A DNA stretch of 63,786 nt, the filler included, from Basidiobolus ranarum (Eukaryota), in NCBI GenBank assembly GCA_040143965.1. It is 18 parts of 18 records of this genome, joined end to end, with 100 filler letters (N's around TTAATTAATTAA, not from the genome) between each part and the next. Parts side by side here need not be neighbours in the genome. Positions count along the whole stretch, not along the records: positions 24,900 to 28,350 come from JASJQH010002481.1; positions 28,451 to 31,898 come from JASJQH010002482.1; positions 31,999 to 35,446 come from JASJQH010002483.1; positions 35,547 to 38,992 come from JASJQH010002484.1; 14 more parts are not named here. One strand, 5' to 3'. Of this stretch, positions 24,800-37,262 are shown piece by piece. Position 1 is the first letter of the stretch, and each line of letters begins with the position of its first letter. Below the pieces are notes generated by a model. The model was not told the DNA's origin. It searched no databases and worked only from the letters and a program-made list of their open reading frames with translations. Both the position numbers and the translations under genes were made by a program.

Positions 24800-26853
24800 N
24801 NNNNNNNNNNNNNNNNNNNNNNNNNNNNNNNNNNNNNNNNNNNTTAATTAATTAANNNNNNNNNNNNNNNNNNNNNNNNNNNNNNNNNNNNNNNNNNNNG
24901 AAAGAACTATTCAAGTGAGTGGCGTCTAGAAGAGCAACTAAATGACCAACTAACACATGTATAGTATTTGTTGTACAGATAGTGAGTAATTGGCCGAAGT
25001 GGAATTTTGAGGTGCATTGTTGTGACACGAAATATGTAAAATATTCACGCTAGAATCCACTTGTTCGAGAGTGTGATGGCGGTTGAAGTATACCACAAAT
25101 GTAAGATTGTACTATGTAAGATTAGGAATATTCCGAAATCACTGACGGCTATGTCCATATTCCTCGGTACAGCAATAATGATATTTTCATCCAGAATCAT
25201 AGGCTGTACAAAGGGTTAGGGTGTAGTTACAGATGTAGATATAACTGCTGCTCCGAAGATATTACTCAAATACCAGCTGGTGATACCTCCAGCTCGTGAC
25301 ACTACTCATCTGGTTTTCTAAAGCGTGTATCATTCTGCGAGAACAGTCCAATCTTTTGAACAATGCTTTACTCCAAGCACATTTAAATGATTGCTAGCAA
25401 CATCTAAAGTCCGCGCAGACTCTGCTATACTAACTATTTTAAACAAGTACGTGCCATGCCTATTTGCCCATTGCAAATATCTAGTAGATTTAGGAAATTT
25501 AAAGAGTTTTGCCGGAATCTGTAGGTAGCAGATCATAGCTCAGACATAACCTCGTGTCAATTGGTTGGTTTCAAAATTTGGTGCCACCCACGGCTTCTTT
25601 GGCTACTTGTAAAACCCAAAATAGGATAAGGGATAATAGTATGGAAAATATTAGGCGTTAAAGATTAATTTGAATAATAATTGCTGCATTCGCCAATTTC
25701 CATTCTGAGTAATGAACAAGAAATTGAGGCCTATATTTAGAAGATTTTCATTAATGTGGAGCTTTACTCACTGACTATAAATATACATTTTATAGAAACT
25801 GGAACATTGTAGAATATCACTAAATACAGTCAGATATTTGAACTTACTAGACCATCTTGTCTGCTTATAGAAACACAGAGGCATGCACTCTTTTCAATGA
25901 TGGTATAGAGAAATTCTAAAGGTAATAATTGTGCGATGGCCAACTACTCCCAAGTGTATTGAAGGGAATCTGCAGCATCCACTCGATATCGATGTCTAAT
26001 CGTCACAAAAGCTGCTATTATACAGATACCCCAATCTTTATTTCAGGGGTGCATTATCAATTCTCTTCAAACCATCCATCATTCCCAATGGCAGATGAAT
26101 TACCCAAAGTCATCTAGAGTAAGGAATGATTATTGAAGATATGTAGGAAGTACATTTTTCTGAGGATATAGAAGCTCGCAAAAGGAATACATGTGAAGAT
26201 TCACCAATTTCTTGGGTATATTGAATTTGAAAATACAGATGCGTATGCTTTACATGCTCACCTGGAGTGAAATACTTGCATTATGAAATGAGTAGCACTA
26301 AACAAAATCAGAAAATGCGATATACGAACGATAAATTACTAAACTATGGAATTATAGACATACTGTTGAATGTCAACAATATCTGTAAATAAAAGTTGAT
26401 TACTCTCCTGTTTTTGTAGTTTTATAGGGAACCAAATAGTGCTCAAGTCACAATTGAATATTGTTAAATGCTGGCTTAATGATTGTGGCTTTCTCAACCT
26501 GCTTATGACAATCGTGAATCTATCTGCAATGTTATCTCATGACTTAACAGGAATATCTATGGCCTGCGGATCGTAGTGTGCTAGACAATAATATATAAAT
26601 GATTCATTTAGTACGAGATAGATTCAGCACCAAGCTAGAGAAGATGATAAACTATTGATTGGTTATTAATATCTGAGAGATTAGTCAACCATTGAACATC
26701 AACTATCTATTAATAACCTACCCATATAAGGAAAAGTCGATTGGTAATTATAGTCCCTAACTTATCCTATCCGACATCTCAACCCAAGCCAAAGTTTTTT
26801 GCGAGAGATCATAAGAATAGATCATTTATTTTAATACATTATTCTAAAATCAT

Positions 26854-28167
26854 CTAAATACACGCTTCATCACCACAACTGTTATCAGAAGGATTGGGTT
26901 CACGGTAGAACGGGGAACTTTCCAAACATTCCGCAAGGTTGACCAATTTCCATCCTCTACTAAGCAGATATTCGATGGCGCGCTGAGCAAGAGGAATGGT
27001 TTTGGGGTAATTTTCAGGTCTGAAGTCAGCAGTGGTATTCCAAACATCATGATTCAGAGAGATAAATTTGCCGACTTGAGGATTGATAGGTCCGGTTTGA
27101 TCAACATATTCTCGATACATCTCATCAATGGAGTTCACTGGGTTCCAATCAACAGGATCCATGTTCCAAGTAACAACAGTGTAGCCCATCTTTTGGAGGA
27201 TTTTGCGTGAAGGGCCATCAGTGTCACCATAAGGAGGTCTCATACAAGTAGGAACCTTTCCGAGGATCTTCGAGAAGGCATGATTTAATTTGGTCATTTC
27301 ATAGACAACCCTCGATTCACTCACGGTAATGATATCTGTGTGAGCCCAGGTGTGAGAACAGATTTGATGACCGGAATTGTATGCACGCTTGACAACATCA
27401 GCCAAGTCGTAGATGCTTAAAGCGGGGTTTCCTGTATCTGCGTTCTTTTCGTTAAGTCCATTAACGAAGAAGGTGGCCTTGACATTGACTCTATCTAGAT
27501 AATCTAACAGTCCTGAAGTCAATACACTTGGCCCATCGTCGAAGGTAACGGCGAAAGTTTTCGGAGCAGTACATTTGGTGACCACTTCGGCTTCCTTTAT
27601 GTTATCACAACCGCCGAAATTTGTCTGGCAACCGGCAGCACAATGATCGGATGTGTAGCCACAATGCCCCCATTGACTACAGCACAAGCCTGATGCACAA
27701 GAGCCGTATCCTGAGCCACATTTTTCATCAAGGTAGCTCAATGCTCCTGGGGTTGGGACAACGGTTGAAGTGGTTGTAGGTTTGTCGGCATTACATTGTC
27801 CAAATTGCTTTTGGCATCCACCAGTGCAATGGTCAGATGAGTAACCACACCAACCCCATTCACTACAACATAAGCCGGCTGCGCATGAGCCGAACCCAGA
27901 GCCACATTGCTCGTTAAGTTGCTTCAAAGGAGTTGGAGTTGGAGTAATTTCTGAGGTGGTTGTCTTCTGGGCACCATTACAATCACCGAAACTACTCTGA
28001 CAACCTGCGGCACAGTAATCGACGCTGGAGCCACAATAGCCCCACTTACTACAGCATAAACCAGGTGCACAAGACCCCAAACCAGAGCCGCAGCGACCAT
28101 AGCTAGGGGCAGTTTCAATAGATGCTGCAGCCAACGCAGTAATTAGTATAAGAAGGACTGATTTCAT
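26854..28167 (-). CDS. Secreted chitin deacetylase (CE4/NodB) with three N-terminal CBM18 hevein-type chitin-binding modules
   Basis: Signal peptide MKSVLLILITALAAA, three CG...C...CCS.WG.CG....C..GCQ..FG.C modules, CE4 motifs TFDDGP, HTWAH, RPPYG, DW and LNHD. Intronless. Confidence 0.95.
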   Translation of the reverse strand: MKSVLLILITALAAASIETAPSYGRCGSGLGSCAPGLCCSKWGYCGSSVDYCAAGCQSSFGDCNGAQKTTTSEITPTPTPLKQLNEQCGSGFGSCAAGLCCSEWGWCGYSSDHCTGGCQKQFGQCNADKPTTTSTVVPTPGALSYLDEKCGSGYGSCASGLCCSQWGHCGYTSDHCAAGCQTNFGGCDNIKEAEVVTKCTAPKTFAVTFDDGPSVLTSGLLDYLDRVNVKATFFVNGLNEKNADTGNPALSIYDLADVVKRAYNSGHQICSHTWAHTDIITVSESRVVYEMTKLNHAFSKILGKVPTCMRPPYGDTDGPSRKILQKMGYTVVTWNMDPVDWNPVNSIDEMYREYVDQTGPINPQVGKFISLNHDVWNTTADFRPENYPKTIPLAQRAIEYLLSRGWKLVNLAECLESSPFYREPNPSDNSCGDEACI

Positions 28168-28450
28168 AGTCAAATTCAAAATGCTTGAGAAGTGTTGGGA
28201 GGGATTGAGGTTTATAAAGATGATGACTTTAATGGAGAAGAGAGAATTATCGAACTAAAGGAACTAGTTGTGCCTATGAGATCATTGAAATGCCAGAGTG
28301 GCTCTAAATTCATTGGTAGTTGCAGATAGTTGTAGTAATGCAAAGGTAACNNNNNNNNNNNNNNNNNNNNNNNNNNNNNNNNNNNNNNNNNNNNTTAATT
28401 AATTAANNNNNNNNNNNNNNNNNNNNNNNNNNNNNNNNNNNNNNNNNNNN

Positions 28451-29053
28451 CTGATGGCTGACTTTACTTTAGGAGTGGGTGCGGTTCTATTATATGTTCT
28501 TTTTGCAGCGCTTCCGGCTCTTGAGGAAGTGATTAAGGGATTCCCCGCAGCTCATTGGAGTATCGTGGCCTTGATAGTCAGTCATATTTTCAGTATTGTC
28601 GTTCCCACTGTTGAGGCTTTGCGAGGAGAAACAAATAAAAAAACTGGATCAAATAAGGCCTCGTTTGAGTCCATGGTCGAGGATCCACAACAATTCGAGG
28701 TATTCAAGCGATTCTCTCTACGTGACTTCAGTGTAGAGAACTCACTCTTCTTTGAGCGGATCCAGAAACTTCGTCACCACGCTAGTGACTTGGCAATCAC
28801 AGATGAACTACCAGCATGGGTAATCTTGGAGCTCAATAGTATTTATAACACCTTCATCGCCGCTAATTCAGAATTTGAGCTGAATCTTGAGGCAGCAACA
28901 ACTAAAGAACTCCATCAACGATTTCAGAGCACCGAAATACATTTGGATGTTTTTGATAGAGCTTTCAACGAAATCCGTACACTTATGTTCCGGTATACTT
29001 ACCCCAGATTTATTAAAATGGGAGAGCAAAGCCTTGAGGAAGTCAAGCTTTAA
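28451..29053 (+). CDS. Membrane-anchored RGS-domain protein (5'-partial, likely multi-TM-RGS)
   Basis: Two hydrophobic helices, then RGS motifs FEVFKRFSLRDFSVENSLFF, IYNTFI..NSEFELNL and VFDRAFNEIRTLM..TYPRF. Confidence 0.88.
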   Translation: MMADFTLGVGAVLLYVLFAALPALEEVIKGFPAAHWSIVALIVSHIFSIVVPTVEALRGETNKKTGSNKASFESMVEDPQQFEVFKRFSLRDFSVENSLFFERIQKLRHHASDLAITDELPAWVILELNSIYNTFIAANSEFELNLEAATTKELHQRFQSTEIHLDVFDRAFNEIRTLMFRYTYPRFIKMGEQSLEEVKL

Positions 29054-29841
29054 TTTGTAAATCCACTTGTAAGTTATTCCCATAGTTTAGGATTGTTTAT
29101 GGTTTTCAGCTAGATTGTAACCAAATGATGCTATTTGATTTTCCAACTATCTTTATTCTGTTCTTATATTTGTGAATATATCTTAATGCTTGTAGAAGAT
29201 TGATTAAGAAATAACGGAAAATAGAGGACCAAGTGTTTACAACCATTCAATCCGAAATGTATCTTCCCGTGAGCGGACGATGAATATTAAACTATGTAGC
29301 TGTTCCTTCTTGGCAAACTACTTCCTGATTGGTTACTCTACTTTTGTCATGTTGCTACTCATTATAAAAGCTTAGACAAGCAATCAAAATCATTTGGTTA
29401 CTTGATATGCATATAGGCTGGATGTTAGACATAACTGATCCAATGGGGAAGGTTTGGGATTGCTCATCTCTTATCTAACGGTGCAATATCAAAGATCCCG
29501 AGATTTATCATACTGACTGCTATTTTGTAACCGGTCAACCCAGTATCAGGTTTGTAAAAATTTATGATTTAATTGGCTGCTGGACTCGAATTTCTTTATA
29601 ATATACATGTTATACAGTACTCCTATAATTGGTTACACCCTGGAATTCATTTTGCCGATTCCCACTCGGTTTCATTTGATTATTCACACTAGCTCACATC
29701 TTTGAATCCAATTACCGTTGATCAGCCAGCCCGGTAAAAAGCCGCTTCATTACTATAAAATAACTATCTCAGTTTTTCTGTTGATATCATTTCCCTAATC
29801 CTGTAATATCTGTAGGTAGTTGCTCTCTTCCGACCCTAACA

Positions 29842-30420
29842 ATGCTTCTTCAACGCAGCCCTGCAACTCCGGGACGGTTAGATAGAGTGGAATTAAATAT
29901 AGAGCATGTTTACACCGTTGATCGAAGTTCCTTCTTATCCCGGGATATATCGGTAAGCACTACGAATATCTCTCAACCTAGCTATTGCTTGAAGCGAAAA
30001 ATGACCCACAAGATCTACTATAAAATTGAACAAACATATCCCACTCATCACGCTTCAAAAGGTATCACTTTATCTGCTGAACGGCGCGCATTTCGTCGCA
30101 CCGTAAGCCTGAAAAGTACGGACCTGAATTTGTATACAGAGCTTCGTAAACTCTCTCTTTTTTCAACAAAGTACTCATTTGTATGGAACGGTGAAACGTA
30201 CATCTGGAAGCGTCACGAATACGGTAATTTGAATTTGGCCTGTTTGTGCCCAAGAACCGGTAAACGTTTAGCCGAATTCCGTTGGAAATCACCTCAATTT
30301 CCGCAGCTGAAGGCTATGGGTGAACTCAGTATGACTGGTTTCGTCAGTAATGATCCTGATTTCCAATCTGTGTTAGTGGCGGCATTCCTGATCACATTGG
30401 ATACCCTACTTGAATGCTGA
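29842..30420 (+). CDS. LURP-one/tubby-C-like beta-barrel protein
   Basis: 192-aa intronless ORF with KYSFVWNGETYIWKR, LAEFRWK, GELSM and a terminal hydrophobic helix VLVAAFLITL. TATAAAA lies upstream near 29754. Confidence 0.6.
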   Translation: MLLQRSPATPGRLDRVELNIEHVYTVDRSSFLSRDISVSTTNISQPSYCLKRKMTHKIYYKIEQTYPTHHASKGITLSAERRAFRRTVSLKSTDLNLYTELRKLSLFSTKYSFVWNGETYIWKRHEYGNLNLACLCPRTGKRLAEFRWKSPQFPQLKAMGELSMTGFVSNDPDFQSVLVAAFLITLDTLLEC

Positions 30421-31998
30421 AATGAGCATAGAAATTCCAAGTTTATTGCTAATTGCATAATTGTAAATCAATCAACACTCGGTATGTGGATTTAATCTTT
30501 GTTCCATCAATAGCTCATCTGATCACCAGGATCACATTTCTGTGGCGACTTTCGTATGAAACATGAATAATGTAAAGTCTCTCTAGCACTTATTTGTGTA
30601 GCCTTTGCGGAATTAAACTGGAAAGCACCTCTATGACTATCTTCAAATTAGGCTCATTATAATAGCATTGTATATTCTTCTATGTATCACATGATGGAAA
30701 TAAACGTGTATATTGTCGCTCAAGCTGTCAATGGCTCATTATGAATCTCCATGAACTATACAGTATTTCTTCAATCGATGCAGTTATCTATACTCATTTA
30801 ATTCATGTGGTAGATATAACTTCTAACATTGATTTACAGGCGTCAACTAAGTGTGATATAATATCATACATCAGGCTAAGGCAAGTTCTAATCAATACTA
30901 TCATTTTATTGCTAGTTTGACTTACTCCATACTTCCCGTAGCCACTAATATTATATTGCTTATTTACATTAGAAATTGCTGTGTTTTTTTAGATTCTGAC
31001 AGCTTATCATTACAGACACTCTCGCACAGTTTTGTGCTGTACATATCCTCACTAACTAAACTTTACTTCCCGTTGGCTTATATTCATAACTTGACAAATG
31101 GCACTACATGTTCTAATATAAAGCCTGGTTGATTGACAGTTTGAATCACAGACTATGGCTGGATAGACGACTGATTTATTTTCCAACCAGATCAAAGCAT
31201 CACCATTCAATGCAGGTGAGTTGAACTTTCAGTATCAAATAGTACCAAAACTGATGATTATAAGTGTTTGATGAATTCTTATCCATAGAAAATATCTGAC
31301 TGAGGTATACCTATGAAACAAATTTCTTCAACATTTGGGTGGAGATGATTTGTTCATGAATTAAGCCAGCAATTTTTTCATCCTTGCCAACAAACAAAGT
31401 GCTATGCTTAGGTATTTATTCACTTTGATTCAAAGTATACACTCAGAAGTGTAAAACCTTTGAAAACATGGTCAATCCTAATATGAACTTCTCATTTGTT
31501 TGCCTGAACTAAGCTTTATGTATATCATGAAACCATGATATTTGATATTGAAACAGAACTAAAAAGTCCAACCATTGTAACTATTGCTGTTTGTTTATAA
31601 TAGCAATAGTGATACATGATTTGGAAATAGAAAGCAATGATTTATTATCAGAATATTTGATTTGCAATCAGATCTTCAGGAATTACTGTGTCTATAGGTC
31701 CCCTTGGGCAAACATGAAGTGTACAAAAAGTGTTGGAGGATCTTGACATAATGAGGGTAGACTTTGAGTATTAGAAGCAACTTATGATAGTGTGTTTTAG
31801 TTGGTTTATTCTTAAGAGTATATGGTGACTTATATAGTAGAAAAGTAAATCAATTGTTTGAGATATTCAGGAGTTTGTGTAATAAGATATAATAGATANN
31901 NNNNNNNNNNNNNNNNNNNNNNNNNNNNNNNNNNNNNNNNNNTTAATTAATTAANNNNNNNNNNNNNNNNNNNNNNNNNNNNNNNNNNNNNNNNNNNN

Positions 31999-32462
31999 GC
32001 CGTCTCAGACTCGAACTCTCCAAGATCTTGGGAGTAAGTGAACCAGCCATTCATTGCTATGCTATGGGCGAGCACGGTGACCACCAATTCGTCGCTTGGT
32101 CATCAGCTCATGTCGGGGGTGTCCCCCTCTTGGACTACCCTCAAATGAAGGATGTTGATCTCGATGCTCTTTCTCATGGAGTATCCCGTAAAGCCTATAG
32201 AATTATTGAGCGTAAGGGAGCCACCTACTACGGAATCGGTGCCTGTGTTGCATCTCTCTGTGACACTGTTCTCAATAATCGCCGTGATATTCGCCCTATT
32301 TCTTGCTATAGTGAAAGCTATGACGCATACGTTTCCATGCCTGCTGTGGTAGGATCTAATGGAGTTGAGGATATCATCAATGTCCAACTCAATGAAGAGG
32401 AAAAAAAGAAGATGGACAATGCTGTTGAAGCCATGAAGTCTGTTCTCTCCCAATGTAATTAA
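31999..32462 (+). CDS. ldh: L-lactate dehydrogenase, C-terminal half (5'-partial)
   Basis: RLRLELSK, catalytic GEHGD, AWSSA..GG, AYRIIERKGATYYGIG and SMPAVVG motifs. Confidence 0.9.
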
Positions 32463-32713
32463 GCTGGATTTAGTTGCATAAAATATAAAAATTCTGCATT
32501 TATTAATATGGAAGAATGGTGATTTTTAATTGATTTCTTTCTTTTTTAATTACCTATTTTTCGAGCTTAATATCTCAATTCCTATCCCCATTAATTTTTC
32601 AATTAAGCCATAATTAACCTGACCAGAATAAATATACTTTCATTCTACCCTAAACTAGGTTCTCGTGTTGAAGTTCGTGACTGAAAGTTATTAGACATAA
32701 AAAGGATTGGAGT

Positions 32714-34027
32714 ATGAACCTCATCAAAGGAATTCTGATAGATTTGAGCGGCACTTTACATGTTGATAATAAAGCAATAGACGGGGCAGTGTTGGGTTTG
32801 CAAAGATTACGTCATAGTGGAATTCAGGTACGCGTACTTTCTGGAAGCCACTTTGTATCTTCCTCCTGCTTCACTAATTATATGTAGATAAGATTTTGTA
32901 CCAATACAACAAAAGAGAGTAGCACCTCGCTGATTCACAAGTTGAAAAAGTTGGGATTTGAAATATCAGCTGAAGAGGTAAATATCAGTAAAATATAATT
33001 TTACTTTTTGGAAAGTAATCCTCAAATATATACAGGTGTTTACTTCCTTGAGTGCTGCAAGAAACCTAGTTAAAGCTTTAAATTTGAGGCAGGCTAAAGT
33101 TCATTTAGATATTTTTGTATATGTATTAAGAATGCGAATATTCAATATTAACGCTTAAGTTTGAAAATAGACCACTCTTATTGTTAGAGAAAGACGCTTT
33201 AACTGAATTCGAGCATATACCTCAAGAAGAACCCTACAATGCTGTAGTAGTTGGGCTCTCTCCAACTTCCTTTGCATACAACAAAGTATTAAAGTTTCAT
33301 TATATGTACCAAGTATAATTAACTTATTCTACAACAGTTAAATCAAGCTTTTCGACTTGTCATGAACGGTGCACCTTTAATTGCAATTCATAAAGCTCGG
33401 TACTTTGCTGAAAAAGATGGTATCTCTTTAGGACCTGGCGGTTTTGTGCAATGCATTGAATATGCCACTGGTACTAAAGCCGAAGTAGTTGGCAAGGTTA
33501 GAGTATAATCTCAACTGAATTACTATCTATAAAATCAACTAATATCGTTTCTCGTTGTTAGCCGGAGAGAAAATTTTTTGAACTTGCCTTGTCTGATATG
33601 TAAATATAATATGCGATTCACTCGTTCATGTTCTAGTATATAACTCTTGTTTCTGAATAGGGGACTTCTTGATAGCGCAAGTCAAGTGGTGATGATCGGA
33701 GACGACGTATGCCAAGATCTTGGAGGTACCTTGCAACTATAACTCTACTAAACCTAAAAACATCTAACAGTCATACATGCCAGGTGGTGCCGAAGAACTA
33801 GGACTCATCCGATATTTGGGTAATTAGAAATCATAATTATGGATTGGATGAGCCCAATACCATTTATAAGTCTAACTTTATTTTATTCTTCAGTCAAGAC
33901 AGGTAAATATCGTATAGATGATGAATCCAAGTATGATACAAAACCAGATCGAGTATTTCAACATTTTGGTGAGGCTGCTGATTTTATCATCAAATGGAAT
34001 GCAGAAATAAGCAAAAATACCAATTAG
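32714..34027 (+). CDS. HDHD2: HAD-IIA hydrolase, HDHD2/LHPP type (multi-intron)
   Basis: [10 protein letters not shown] motif [51 protein letters not shown] and VKTGKYR. Confidence 0.9.
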
Positions 34028-35356
34028 TGTCCAATATACATGTACTTCAATCACAATACACTCTATATTAAGCGGCATTCATTGAAAGATATATTGCTCT
34101 ACTCAAAGCTTGTTACGAAATGTAATCGAACAATTAAAAATCATCAGATTTTACTCGCTGATGTAAATACTGAATGTAAATCCTATAAAATTCATGTCAC
34201 ACTCTGAAATCCTTTAACTCCGGATGTAATGGAAAACATATTGGCTGAAGATAGTTTACCTTTGAAAAGTAGGTAGTGCTGGTTACTGAAAAAACCTTTA
34301 TACATCTCAAACTGATGATTCTTTAGTTCCTACAAATCTGGTCATGATGCGACGAAGAATTCGCATAGAAAAGGTTACCAAAGATATGGAACTGGTTGAA
34401 TCACCCAAAGTCCCAGAACTAAAAGAAATATTGGTTCCAATGTAAGTAAGCTACGATATTCTGTATTAATTAAATCACCTTTCTAAAGAATCTTCAACAG
34501 TTTTACAGAACCAACGCCATGTACAGAACCCTGATCGCTGTGAATAAATTCCTTTATTTAACCGTAGTATAGAGGTCCATGTACGAGGTAATCACCTTTA
34601 CAATCCCGCACATGCAAAAATAGTAAAGATCTACGTGTTTGTTTGTTCACACTTTTATTAGTGTTGCAATATACCGGTTTTGAAGTGGAATCAAAAGTTA
34701 TTATAATAGCATTGCTGTAACAAACGAAAGTCACTGACTAAAAGCTTCTGAATGTATTTCGGCTTGAAGTATACAGGTCGTTTGACCCCAAGTTCATTCA
34801 TATACTGATTGTTCCACCGATCTAAATATATCAATATTTAAAAGAACCCTCTTTCATACTGAGCGTACTGGGGATCCATTCAGCCCCTACGGTTCTACAA
34901 TTGCACTACATAATTAAAGGAGCATTTCGTGGATCTATCTGTTCACTTAAATTCAATCCAATTCATTCCATACTTCAAATGAAAAAGAAAGTTCATATAG
35001 AGTTCATCAAAGAAAGAGTGTCAAATGTCTCCAGCCCTACTGAATAATGTATCCTGGTGAAAACAAAACCATATTTGATATAATTTCTAATGTTTGTATA
35101 TTAAATTTAAGCTTAATTCAGTTCAGTTGAACTACATACATGTTCATAATCAAGGAATTTCAAGCTGAATGGCTGATGTAGTCTATAAAAATAAATTGAG
35201 TAACTCCATTAAGACTAGAAACTGAAAAGTCAAATTCAAAATCAGAATCTTTACTGTGTAGGTTCAATTTTTTTTATTAAATCCATAAGCATTAATTAAC
35301 TATCAATAATCGTAACTTCTAGGTGTTGGATATCTTTATGTACGCAATAATTCTCG

Positions 35357-35371
35357 TATATATATATATAT
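35357..35371. repeat. (TA)n microsatellite
   Basis: TATATATATATATAT run. Confidence 0.7.
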
Positions 35372-35546
35372 GTATAATTCAAGTGATCAGCATTACAAAC
35401 ATGATCCTTGACAAGGGGTTTAGTTGCACTCGGCAATGACTGACTTNNNNNNNNNNNNNNNNNNNNNNNNNNNNNNNNNNNNNNNNNNNNTTAATTAATT
35501 AANNNNNNNNNNNNNNNNNNNNNNNNNNNNNNNNNNNNNNNNNNNN

Positions 35547-36835
35547 GTACGAGTACTTTCTCACCATAGTTGGCCTTTTCATTACTAATATTACACTGTA
35601 GCTTAGTGAGAGAAGGGATTATTCCGCACAATATACCTATGGTTGGCAGAGAGCTGAAGTCCTGGGTGCTTTAATCAACGGAGTATTCTTGATAGCATTA
35701 TGTTTTTCCATCTTTCTTGAGGCGATACAAAGATTCTTCGAACCACAGGGTAAATTTATAAACTTTGAGCAATTATCATACTCGTTGATATAACGTAACT
35801 CTTTCAGAGGTAAAAAACCCACAGTTGGTTTTAATCGTAGGAGGCTTGGGTCTAGTAGTCAACATCCTAGGATTATCCTTATTTCATGGTAAGCACCTTA
35901 CTGTTTAATATTCAATTATTAGTCTCGAGATTTACATTATTTTTTCGTTTCAGAACACACCGATGATGCACCAGAAAACAACCCAACATTCTCCTCGGCA
36001 TCTACTTCACTTATGGAAACTGCCGACCGTGTTAAAAAAAGGAGAGATTCACTGGCCTCTAATGACGAAACGCCACCTATTCTTAGTGCAGTAAATGGCG
36101 ACGAGGGTACTAGAGTGGATGGAAGACTTAACATGCAAAGCATATTTCTCCACGTCCTAGGTGATACACTTGGGAGCGTTGCAGAGATAATAAGCGCAGT
36201 TGTTATTTGGAAGTTTGACTTTCCTCAGAGATATCTCCTTGATCCCATAATCAGGTATTTTTATAACCTCATTTCGAACTGATATTTCTACATACTAACT
36301 TATTCAACGTAGTTTACTCATTACCGGCATCATCCTGGCCTTCTCTTTGCCACTGGGTGAGTTTCGTTGATATTTATCATATTCAAGCCAGAAGCTAATA
36401 TTATCATAACCATATTACTGAAAAATAGTCAAAAGTACATGCTTTATTCTGCTTCAGGGGGTTCCTAGCTCTATTCCAGTGGAGATAATACGTGAACAAA
36501 TATCTAATGTATGAATGGAAATTATCTAATATCCTGAGTTACTATAGTATGTACTTAATATGGGAATATTTTAGATGCAATACGTCCATTCTGTACATGA
36601 ACTCCATATCTGGCAATTGAATGATATCAAAACGGTGGCCTCCATCCATGTTTGTCTTGAGGATGCGGAACATTACCTTGTTTTAGCGGAGAAAATTAAT
36701 GAACTGCTAAGAGCATATGGGGTTGAATCAATCACTATACAGCCAGAATTTCGAAGTTCTGAACAGGGTCGTGATTTTAAGTGTCCCGCTACAATCAGTC
36801 CGTCTACCTATGGTCCACCCAGAGGAACGGATTAG
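35547..36835 (+). CDS. ZRC1: CDF-family zinc/cobalt transporter, ZRC1/COT1-like (5'-partial)
   Basis: YTYGWQRAEVLGALINGVFLIALCFSIFLEAIQRF, LNMQSIFLHVLGDTLGS, ILLQGVP, VHELHIWQL and TIQPEF. Several short introns. Confidence 0.9.
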
Positions 36836-37262
36836 CTATGCTGTACAATGGTGACACCATTCATCCAACTAAAGTTATTCATTTGATTCTTAGTTTAATG
36901 AATAGGATTCAGGAAGATTTCAGTTCATTAAACGCAAAATTTTCAGTCAGATGCTTGTATATATATCTCTCGTACTTTCTAGCCAACTGATACAAAAAGA
37001 AAAAATTTAAGGCACCTACAAATATTGAACATTTTGGTAGAAATCATAAATTCTTTCATTGAAGGAGAAAGTCGAGTATGGAAAAGAAAATTTTCGAGAT
37101 CGATTAACGAATTCTGGCATACTCATATGTCGAGTTCTGCGGGTCAAACAACACAAACCTTTTTATGATGTGTAGATTTATTCATGAATAGTAATGTGCT
37201 GCCTAATCTTAAAAGGGATCAATGCTTACTAGGAAGAATATGGGCATTCCGTGTGGATTGGA

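Noticed and set aside
24900-25140. Possible SLC35/triose-phosphate-translocator fragment on the minus strand (LWYTSTAITLSNKWIL)
   Set aside because: Only a short motif, followed by a stop, and no consistent exon chain could be built.
34209-34535. Small spliced gene downstream of HDHD2
   Set aside because: GT-AG-like intron signals are visible, but no convincing continuous protein or family could be derived.
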